Shown: positions 12,601 through 20,860 of the stretch, one piece after another
Numbering within the stretch: the stretch's first letter is position 1
Layout of the letters: every line of letters begins with the position of its first letter
Origin: Catajapyx aquilonaris
Lineage: Eukaryota
Direction of reading: 5' to 3'
DNA length: 23,537 nt
Assembly (NCBI GenBank): GCA_000934665.2
Contig: JYFJ02000353.1
Location: 124,001-147,537 of the forward strand
Made by a program: the position numbers and the translations under genes
Notes under the pieces: model-generated
Told to the model about the DNA's origin: nothing
Databases searched by the model: none
The model's input: the letters and a program-made list of their open reading frames with translations, nothing else

Positions 12601-15600
12601 CGAGTCACTTTTTATGTCGCGCTCTCCTCACACACACTCTCCCCGTTTACTATGTTCTTTCTCAGCCAGATATATATATATTACTACTTTGTCAAAACTT
12701 GTTATGACGTACATGATTATCCGCACGAGTCTCGAATGCTCCAGAATATTTATTCTTGTTATTCTTATTGGCTGCCTTTTACCTGTGGAGGTCCCGGCTC
12801 TTTTCTTCCCAGTGCTTGGCCAGTGTTGTGTTCGTGTTGTGCTCAGGGAGAAGGGGAAAAGAGAATTTTATACACTGTGTCACTATTATCCTCTTTAGTC
12901 GTTTATACAAATACCTTCTCTTTTCGAAGTGTTACTTGATGGATTCCCCCAGTCGGAAAGCTGCTTTAGCTGCTTCTTCCATTTACCTCTTCTGTACATA
13001 CATCCGTTATTAGTTTTGAGATCACTCGTTTTTTAAATATTGTGTTGGGCTTATATTTTTTGTATACTTCATGTGTTTATGTGTGGTTACAAGAGCGTGT
13101 TAGAATGTGCTTGTCAACTGGCTGTGTGGCGTGTTTGTTCGTTCTCCAAATCTTGTGCACCAGACATTTTTTTGAAGATAATAGGAAGGACACTGGTTGT
13201 CATTTTTTTTTCTCTCCTCTCTCTTTCTCTTTCACCTTGTGTCGGAATAAACGTGTCAAAATGAATGAATGGCCTCGTTAATGGGCTTTTGAATTCTAGG
13301 ATGTTAAAATCTTGAATCAATGGCCTGGGAGTCCCACCAGTTTTTTTTATTTATTTTTTTGTCTTTGTTTTTTCCAAAGAGCGAACTGGGATTATGATAC
13401 AGCAGCCACATCAGCTAATAGACTATCTTGTTTCAAGTACCTACCAACTTGAGTTTCTAACAATTTAATTTAATTTTTTATTGATAGCATGCATGCAAAG
13501 ATATTGCATGCAAGCTGACACATTTGCATGGGAAAAGGTACTGACAAGTACTGACCAAAAGGCAAGAGTGCCGTAGCGCAAAGTACCAGTGAACAAGAGA
13601 CACCATAGGCCTGTTGGATTCAACTAAGCGCCGTTGCGGACTTATTTGAATCCATGCATGCTGTAAATACGCATTGGCAATAGTCTTTATGGAAGCTGCT
13701 GAAGAGCTGTGATATTAAATAGGCATTCCGGAGCATTGGTAGTGCAGAGTCTAGAAATAGACTGCATCCATTTGTGGGGTTTCGGGGAACTTGGGTGGCA
13801 TGGGTGGGAGATTTTCGAAAGTCCAGGACTGCTCCAGTTTTTACTGTCGCAAAATTTTTGCTTTCCACTTAAAATTTTTGTTGACATATGAGGAATTGGC
13901 ATTGTCATAATGGATGAATTTCATGCCTTTAAATATTATCCAAAATTAGTGTGGTGTGTCAGTACAAAATTGGCGAAAGCTTAAACTTTAATGCTTAACT
14001 CCAGACAGAGCTGACAGACCTTACAGACATTTAATATTATTGTTCTGTAAATATTTTTTTGCAAGCAGTGAGTGAGATGTGTGTGAATGTGGGAGTTGAT
14101 GAGATTTGATTTGCTAGATGCTCACATTTGGTCGCAGGTGACGCACTTTTAAGGGGTGTCGGAGGTGCCCTGAGGCTCCAGGAAGACAATGGAAAACAGA
14201 AATTTGGGTGAGGTTCCTCTCTTCCGCTTTAGTTATCAGCCCTTCCCCCAACCCATCCCATATTTATAATGGGTGCTTTTTGAAAAATGCAGTTCATAGT
14301 GTAGTGGCTATGAATCTGTTGGTATCTAAGACAGCTTGTTAGCTCCCACAACCTTCTCTGTGATTATTATTATTATTAGTCTTTAGAGTTCTTTTATCAT
14401 TTTGTGGTGGCAGTACGTTCTTTTTCTTTTCCGTTCCCAGATTGATTTGTCCTGGTTAGTGATTTTCGTTGCCAGAGGGACAGACTACTCCAGACAATCC
14501 TTTTTCCAAGCACCCTGTCGAGGGGACCTCGCCTCAGTACTGAGTTGTTGTGATCATTAAATATTTTTTTTGAGTAATGTGTGTCGTGACAGCGTAGAAG
14601 CGACCCCAATGCTCTGGAAGATTTGTGCCTAGTGGTGGAAGTGATTTGGCTAACATGCACTAATCCCCTTGTAATAACAGTGTAACACATGGTGTAAGCT
14701 CCCAATAGTTGAGACCACATGTGGGTATCTACACGTACATTTTGGTATAATTGTGTTGTGCACTGGAATGCTTGACCCTGCCTTCGGACGACTGCAGGTA
14801 CCATGAAACAGGATCCTCGGTAAGACTGACGTGTGCAAAAAGAAAGGAAAAAAAAAACATTTGTTTTGTACTTATCACTTCTTATAAATGAAAGAAGGAA
14901 AGAGAAAGAAAGTGCCAGCTCTCGATCTCTACATGGTGTCCCATATCACGCCTGTACTTGTGTCCAACGAACTCAGTTGCACTCTTTTCTGCTTTCTTGA
15001 TATTTGCGACTTGCACAGCTTGATTTCTGGTTCATTGCATGCGTTTTGAGTGCAGTTGGGATGGTTGGGTGCAGGAAAGATTGGCACACTAATGGGACAC
15101 CGTGTACTCTCCTTCTCTTTGGGGGCATCCTGGCAGCAGATGGGAAAGGCAGGCGCAGACGGCCTCTTCCTCCCAACAGCAAGCGCCATTTTATCAAGGA
15201 GTAAGCCTCAGGGGGGATATCAAGCCAGGCCTCATCTCATCAGAATTGGGCTTTGCCACCCACTTTTGTCAGTTTGCTCTCATTGTTTGGAAAAAATGTA
15301 AAGCACATGGTTATACACTAAACTGGCAGAAAAAGGCCCTAACTCCCAATTTCTGAGCGCACTGAGAAAGGCATGGTAGAACATATCCGCAAGTGCTGCA
15401 TGGGCGTAGTCGCAACATGTAGTCGAAAGAGAACAGTGTAGGTTCTACATTGCCTTTCTTGCTCAGGAATTGTTGAGAACTGTGTTGGTGCATTGTGTTG
15501 CAGAAGTACCGACTCTGATAGTAGAGGCCCAGCGCATACTTACATGCGGTTATGGCAAGTGGGTTGTCTCTCCTCTGACATCCAACCTTCTCCCTTTTCT

Positions 15601-18600
15601 TCTGCTTTGTCCCACACCTACGGTCCATCTTCCTCCCCCCACACTCCTCCTCCCGTCCTCTCTTCTTCTTCTGCCCTCATTGCAGCAGCAACATCAGCAG
15701 CTATCCTCCTATCCAGAGGGCAGTGTCATGGCGTCCTCCTCAGCCTCCGACCAACCTCGCCTACGTGCGGAGAACCCACTCGACGCTCTGCTAGACGAGC
15801 TACAGACCTTCGCCAAGCCACCCCCAGATGTGTCCCTCAGTTTGACGGTGGGGTCGCCAGGGTCAGGAGGGGCAGGGTCGTCGGTGATTGGGGGAGGTGG
15901 AGGAGGAGCACCGCTGCCAGGGTCGCTGTCTGTGTTTAGTGGGAGCGGAACTGCAGGGAGTCCTCTGAGGAGACTACCATCATATCCAAGCACAGAGCCA
16001 CCATCAGTCGTGGGGTCACCTGTCAGGCAGCTGCCTTCCATGGGCATCACTGCCAGGATACAGGTTAGTTGCGTCTACCTACCTCATCCAAAAGTTGGAC
16101 CATGTTGTAAGGGGGTGTAGGGAGGCCAGATGTCCTCAGCCTCATGCAGTCAGGCAGCTGAAAGGTGATTCGTGATCTTTCAATGCAACGTGCAGGTTGA
16201 GAGAAGTCAGCTTTGTTGCCATTTATTTTGGTGTTGGCGTGTAAAAATGCATATGTTGCAGTGAGAGAGTGTCAGGTTGGGCTGTATTACTAAAGATCAA
16301 GCATCGGGTGAAGGCTTAGCAGATTGTTGCGCTGACAATATATTCATACAATCTGCTAGACTCATGCTCGACAATTTACCTTCAGTAATGCAATCCAGCC
16401 TCAGTGACCTTCCAGTTGCCTGCCTGCAAGGGCTTTTCACTCACAATTTATTAGAATTGATTATTCTACTTATATCTTGTATTATACCATTATCTTTCCT
16501 ATGGCACAGTCTTCTATTCCTGGCACTTTCTAAGTTTGCACTTTCCAAAATCTATTTTCACATTATAATTCTTCTTAGGCTACACCCAGATTATTAATAA
16601 TCCGTGTTGGTATTCCTGACTACCTGCCGTGTCTTTATGCGCATATATAATTATTAGCACCCACGTACGTATCATTCTTATGCAAAATTTGTGTGTTGGC
16701 ACTCGGGTAAGTGCAAACTTGGGACAAACCAGTTAAGGTGGTCAAGTGGCCAGTTGCCTCACCCTCCACACAAACATGGGCCAACTTGACTTGAAATACT
16801 TCTAGACACTCCTGTTTGACACGCGATGTTGACAGGTGTCGGGAGTATCGTCGTCATCCGCGTCTCCATCTCCATCGCCTGTGCCTCCGTCAAAACCAGC
16901 CCTTCCTGAGAAGCGCATCCCACCACCACCTCCTCCCAGAACTTCCTCCCGCTCCCCCTTAGTGTCTCCAACTTCCCCCATGGCCGCCTCTATGCTCCCA
17001 GTGGCCCCGGCCACCCTTCCCCGCTCCACTGCTTACCACCATCACCACCACCACTCCCACTCCATTGCCCCTGCCCCGTCTCCATCTCCATCCCCATCCC
17101 GATCTCCTTGCCCATCCCCATCCCCCCAGCTCTTGCAAGTTGGTCGTGCCCAGTCGACCCCATCAAGCGGGACATCTTCGTCGCAAGCATCATTGTTGAG
17201 GGCCAACTCTGAGCCCAGCGACACTGGTGCGTCCTCTTCCCTGAAGAGGGGTGGGGCACTACGGTCCAGCTTGAGGGAGGTGTCAGCACCTACCCCTTCC
17301 CCGAGGCACAGTGTGGCCACCATGGCCACCATGACCATGGCTCATGTGGTTGGGGGCCAGGAGATGGCCACGCAGGTCATGAGCAGGAGGGATCTGCTTA
17401 TATCCAGCAACAGCTCCAGCAGTGAGAGCATCAACTCCCAGGAAGGATTGCAGGTGAGGCTCCACTCCGATGCAACCAAGCCATCTGCTGATCTTGGTGG
17501 TTAATCGCCTGCAGTGTGAATGACAGGCCTTATTTGTATGAAAATGGTGTGAAATAAAAATTTACAGATCACTCCACCTGCACAGTGTTTACAACATGCA
17601 AGGTTACACACTGATGCACTTATTCGAATCTTGAATATGTGAAAGCTCACATCTTGAGAAACTGAAAGTAGCATGTCTGTATACCATTTTGTACTATTTA
17701 TGCCTGTGGGGCACGTTTCTCCTATTCACATGATTTTTAGTTGATTGGAGCGAAATGTTCGTTGCACAACGCATGTGCCTATTGTTTGGAGTGGGTGGTA
17801 AGTAGCCATCTCAAGCAAGGAATTTTACTATGCAGAAACTTAAAATATGAACCGTGTGTAGTGAAGGAAGTGGGCAAGGATTTGAGGGAGGGAGATCCCA
17901 GGAAGAGTAGAAATGTGCAGACTCCCGATATTAATGTTAAATTTAGGATTGGTTTAGTTCAGCCGTAGATTTTTATTTGGGTTGTGTTGGGGATGAAATG
18001 AGCATTCACATGTACTTCCTTCAGAAGGTATTATTTTAAGGTCCATCAATGTGTAATCGGCTTGATTTGTGCATTATTTTGTTTGGAGTACTTTTTGTAA
18101 CACTTTTGGTGCAAAACGCACTAAAAAAGGAAAGGTGTCCTATACCAACAGACACGTAGTTTGGCTTATTAATTAACAGCATGTAAGAAGCATGCTGCGA
18201 TTGACATAATTAACTCCCCTTAATTCTACCCTCTCTGTTCATCCCACCAAAATTGACTAACATTCAAATGTGGTTGCTGGTAACACCTCACTAATTCATG
18301 TCTGCTACAATTAGGTGCAACTTCTATATCTCCACTAACATTAACACAGTATGGAACATTTACTAATGGTCATATTGCAGCGTAGTTGACAAGAAGGGTT
18401 GAAATGATTTCCCTTGGTAGTCAGGCATGCTAACAAAAGTTGAGTTCTTGGGTGTAGTATTTTGCAGCAGCAAATGAGGATCATTTACACATCACCTTCC
18501 AAACTGAACCCATTCCAGAACCAGTTCACTATTAATTTGCTAAAAGCAGCACTGTGGAACCGGTGGAACTCCTCATTTTATGTCAACAATGTGAGCACTG

Positions 18601-19316
18601 TTGGTACGATCGTGTTCATTTTGCTTGGAGCCAACAGAACCCATACTTGCTGACATGAAACAAACTTGACTGCTCTTGGCAACCAAACAGTGGACTGGTT
18701 CTGGAATGGGTTCAGTTTCTAAGGTGAGTGCAAAGGACCCTATAGTTGTCAACGTCAGCGCAGCTGGTCCGGTACTTTCCTGTAAGATTTTGAACACTGT
18801 ATGTCGTTGCATGCTCTGTACTGCTAACCGCCTTGCATGCTGACTTCCCCTGTCTCCAATCTCTCACAAAAGGCGAAGGGAGCCGCAGCCCACCAATCGA
18901 GCGGTTCCTCATCCAGCTCCGGAGGCGGCAACAACCGCAGCCGCCAGGAGATGCTGGAGCAGCGTCACCAGGAGCTCCTCCGCAAGCAGAAGCAGCTCCA
19001 GGAGCAGTACCTTCGTCTCCAGCAGCTCCAGAGGGGTCCCAGCAGGCTCATGTCTTCTTCTGGGGCCCACCATGAGGCCCTCAAGAAGACTGGGAGCGAG
19101 AGCAACCTGGTGGCCCGCCTTGGCTTCAACCTGAGTGCCGCCCCTACCTCCGGATCCCTCACCCACCTCGCACCTGGACCTGCCCCTGGGCCAATCCCTG
19201 CACCCAGGGCCGCCCTCACCCTGCCAGCCTCCATCTTCTCTATTTGTCCACCCCCTCCGCCCACCTCAGCCCCGCCTTCTGACGACCCCAAGATATATGA
19301 AACTGACATCCTGTGA
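457..19316 (+). CDS. CG32809: Spliced CDS (5'-partial, 17 exons in window, ~1053 aa) of a coiled-coil domain protein, CG32809/AGAP005037-like, SRCIN1(p140Cap)/KIAA1217(sickle tail) family
   Basis: join(457..619,846..1076,1232..1382,2567..2772,5028..5078,5762..5851,6353..6415,7324..7407,8072..8225,8547..8663,8930..9037,9104..9202,9272..9355,9412..9532,15686..16063,16836..17453,18873..19316) = 3162 nt. All introns are GT-AG, phases match and there is no internal stop. RMRVEHMERQLASLTGLVQKAL, YEDPY and FLKEEPERL resemble motifs I recall from SRCIN1/KIAA1217. The symbol is the Drosophila orthologue name, inferred. Confidence 0.88.
846..1076 (+). CDS. CG32809: Coding exon 2, Pro-rich (SSQAPPKPQRSY...YMSPPERRDALYSSP)
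   Basis: Acceptor gtcag at 841-845, donor G|gtaatg at 1076/1077. Phase 1-1; part of ORF 797..1150. Confidence 0.85.
1232..1382 (+). CDS. CG32809: Coding exon 3 (DRLHAESGYISSPER...AYEDPYYSQY...SGSVTPVIDEESR)
   Basis: Acceptor ttctag ending at 1231, donor AG|gtaggc at 1382/1383. Phase 1-2; carries the YEDPY tyrosine motif. Confidence 0.92.
2567..2772 (+). CDS. CG32809: Coding exon 4 with the family signature helix RMRVEHMERQLASLTGLVQKAL
   Basis: Acceptor gtacag ending at 2566, donor G|gtcagt at 2772/2773. Phase 2-1. Confidence 0.93.
3002..3832. mobile_element. Non-autonomous DNA transposon (MITE-like), CACTA/CMC-type termini, 831 bp, in intron 4
   Basis: Ends are CACTATGCAAC (3002) and GTTGCATAGTG (3832). 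Imperfect TIRs of ~140 bp (3002-3146 vs 3691-3832). TAG flanks both ends (2999-3001, 3833-3835), consistent with a 3-bp TSD. No internal ORF of 60 aa or more. Confidence 0.85.
5028..5078 (+). CDS. CG32809: Coding exon 5, 51 nt (DEPYHRPPEPKHPKLGK)
   Basis: Pyrimidine tract plus tttgcag acceptor ending at 5027, donor G|gtagag. Symmetric phase 1-1; too short for the ORF track. Confidence 0.82.
5762..5851 (+). CDS. CG32809: Coding exon 6, 90 nt (DKSVSFEKSVSFSDEPPDLNSPKQHSPQHA)
   Basis: gctaat branch site, pyrimidine tract and ccttgcag acceptor ending at 5761; donor G|gtaatt. Phase 1-1. Confidence 0.87.
6353..6415 (+). CDS. CG32809: Coding exon 7, 63 nt (ADSKPAKPAIKSSTLPRVSSQ)
   Basis: cactaac branch site at 6318-6324, AAG acceptor ending at 6352, donor G|gtatct. 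Phase 1-1. Confidence 0.8.
7324..7407 (+). CDS. CG32809: Coding exon 8, 84 nt (ERDRHKPAPPPKPVSLLPGQYDGRHLYR)
   Basis: Acceptor cccttccag ending at 7323, donor G|gtatta. Phase 1-1; PPPKP motif. Confidence 0.87.
8072..8225 (+). CDS. CG32809: Coding exon 9, start of central coiled coil (DLHMTPELYNQLRTLQKKAKELKQEVRNLRRLSQ...IR)
   Basis: Acceptor ccttgcag ending at 8071, donor AG|gtttgg. Phase 1-2; heptad periodicity. Confidence 0.92.
8547..8663 (+). CDS. CG32809: Coding exon 10, coiled coil (AMLLAGGDHW...REEELYKQEMLKLEKDLT)
   Basis: Acceptor tttgtag ending at 8546, donor AC|gtatgt. Phase 2-2. Confidence 0.9.
8930..9037 (+). CDS. CG32809: Coding exon 11, coiled coil (ELESTVEDLRSNVINRRTRVNISDVENMALILSKSS)
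   Basis: Acceptor gctgcag ending at 8929, donor AG|gtaagc. Phase 2-2. Confidence 0.93.
9104..9202 (+). CDS. CG32809: Coding exon 12 (KTVADLKARFPMLQDGMKGILSSEMERVVREEK)
   Basis: Acceptor ttttcag ending at 9103, donor AA|gtgagc. Phase 2-2; 66-nt upstream intron. Confidence 0.93.
9272..9355 (+). CDS. CG32809: Coding exon 13 (FLKEEPERLEIALKRCKKLTGTLVTLKR)
   Basis: Acceptor tatatag ending at 9271, donor AG|gtgtgt. Phase 2-2; 69-nt upstream intron. Confidence 0.93.
9412..9532 (+). CDS. CG32809: Coding exon 14 (LASVQEQRLPSAQSS...GQSSK)
   Basis: Acceptor gttctag ending at 9411, donor AAG|gtaagc at 9532/9533. Phase 2-0; 56-nt upstream intron. Confidence 0.88.
10771..10803 (+). CDS. Candidate alternative terminal exon (GKGKQMMPSH*)
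   Basis: gctaac branch site plus tttgttcattttccaag acceptor ending at 10770. Phase 0 fits the exon-14 donor; TAA at 10801-10803; AATAAA hexamers follow at ~11260, ~11429 and ~11632. No transcript evidence. Confidence 0.3.
   Translation, partial: GKGKQMMPSH
15686..16063 (+). CDS. CG32809: Coding exon 15 (QQHQQLSSYPEG...ENPLDALLDELQTFAK...LRRLPSYPS...ITARIQ)
   Basis: Very long pyrimidine tract, then a tandem CAGCAG acceptor (15683-15688); donor CAG|gttagt at 16063/16064. 378 nt, phase 0-0. The start could shift by 3 nt. Confidence 0.85.
16836..17453 (+). CDS. CG32809: Coding exon 16, Pro/Ser/His-rich (PPSKPALPEKRIPPPPPPRTSSRSPL...SNSSSSESINSQEGLQ)
   Basis: Acceptor ttgacag ending at 16835, donor CAG|gtgagg at 17453/17454. 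618 nt, phase 0-0; matches ORF 16836..17504. Confidence 0.88.
18873..19316 (+). CDS. CG32809: Terminal coding exon 17 (RQEMLEQRHQELLRKQKQLQEQYLRLQQLQR...LKKTGSESNL...KIYETDIL*)
   Basis: gctgac branch site near 18839, pyrimidine tract and AAG acceptor ending at 18872. Phase 0; TGA at 19314-19316; Gln-rich coiled coil. Confidence 0.88.
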   Translation, partial: AKGAAAHQSSGSSSSSGGGNNRSRQEMLEQRHQELLRKQKQLQEQYLRLQQLQRGPSRLMSSSGAHHEALKKTGSESNLVARLGFNLSAAPTSGSLTHLAPGPAPGPIPAPRAALTLPASIFSICPPPPPTSAPPSDDPKIYETDIL

Positions 19317-20860
19317 CCCAAGCCCGCCTAAAAAGGAGAATAAGAATAGAGAGAAGTAACTCCCCACTAAAAAATATATGTTATTGCTCAAGGCGGATGG
19401 GTCAATTTATAGAACAGGAAAAGAGATATTACATACACAACGCCACACACAAAAGAAAAAAGAGATTATGGCAAGAAAAATTTTATCTATCCGTGTAGAT
19501 GGATTTGACTTGAAGAAAGAAAGATTTTAAAAAAGAAGGCCAGTAGGACTTTTTGGGAGGATGTGGCCAGTTTGAGTGGTGGTTTTTTCCATTGTTGAGA
19601 GTCACTCGATGCCAATGAGAGTTTTTAGGTTTCCGTTTTGACATTTTTTTACTACACCCCCACCCATCGTTGCCAAGTCGTTGCGTACAAAGGGAAAAAA
19701 AATGCATGCATGAGTAGGACATGTTTTATCATCACAGTTTTCATGTTCATTTTTTTGGAAAAAGATTTTTTGTGTATGTGGGTCTTTCTTTTGCAACATT
19801 TTGGAATGTAGGTTTCAAAATGATATGTTTTTAGTGGGGATGGGACTTTGGGACTTGGAAACACTTCATTGTTTATAAACAAGCAGGTCGAAAAATTCAG
19901 GGATGGAATTCAGCTACTGATTTGATACCTTTTTTAAACAAATTATAGGTTGTTTCAGGGACCAGATGCTTTTTTGTAGTCATCGCTGTCTTTTCCATGC
20001 AACTTGCTCATTTCTCCTAAGCCCACCCTCACCTCATAATAATGGAGTAAACGAAAGGTATAGATAGCTAAAAGAAAAAAAAGTCCAAACGAAAGATGTT
20101 ACGTACGTAGCAATAATGCGTGTCACTTTTGTACGACGACTAGCTTTTACCACTTGTGAGGCGGATCCAGTCCCAAAGCCCAATCTTGATCCCCATAAGT
20201 GCAGCAACAATCACGTTTTATTACCAAAACAAAAAAGACGAGTTTTTGAGTGCAAGTTTTTTAAAAACACCAGAGTATGAATGAGTGTGAGATAAATGCG
20301 CAGTCCCCCATTTGTTCACTATACAATCTTGTAATATTGTAACCCCCACCAATCATGACTTCTATGATTATTGCTGCAAATATTTGGGAGTACCGGAGAA
20401 TTATGAAAGATTATAAAAAACCAGGAAAAAAATGAAACCAGTTGTTGTTCGTTGTTGCCAAACTGTGTCCAGGACTAGATTTGCAGTTGTAGTGCTGCCA
20501 GTGTTGGTCAAAGAGAAGAGACATTTTTTTTTTCAGTTGACAAGACAGTGGATTGTAATTGCACATTCTAATCCCTACCCCAACCTTTGTCCCATGTTAA
20601 GTCCCAGTCCCCCCTCCCCCCCAATGCTCTTAGGTAACAAGCGTTTTTAATGGTGTAATGAATAACACCCTGCCCTTCTCCCACTACCACTGCCTCCCAG
20701 ATTTCCGTTTTCCACCAGACACAAATTACCCCACCAATAAAAAAAAGAAAAAGTCTTGGTATTTGCTTCCTCGCTTGTACAGTATAAAGAGTTCATCGCG
20801 CAAATGCCTTTTAGCTAATCGTTTTAATTTATACGGAATAAATTCCTTGTACATGTTTGT
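19317..20860 (+). other. Probable 3' UTR (~1.5 kb)
   Basis: A/T-rich non-coding sequence after the stop, running to AATAAA signals at 20736 and 20837. The end position is inferred. Confidence 0.55.
20837..20842 (+). terminator. Candidate polyadenylation signal AATAAA (alternative at 20736-20741)
   Basis: Canonical hexamer with an upstream TGTA (~20776) and T/GT-rich downstream sequence. Confidence 0.5.

Noticed and set aside
12495..13281. Several overlapping hydrophobic ORFs of up to 144 aa in intron 14
   Set aside because: They are open in multiple frames because of TG/T-rich composition and have no recognisable product.
15470..15685. N-terminal extension of ORF 15470..16120 as coding sequence
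   Set aside because: The Leu/Pro run is better explained as the translated polypyrimidine tract upstream of the acceptor at 15685.
15709..19321. Antisense ORFs over exons 15-17 (for example 15709..16050, 17042..17338, 18965..19321)
   Set aside because: Antisense shadows of GC-rich, low-complexity exons.
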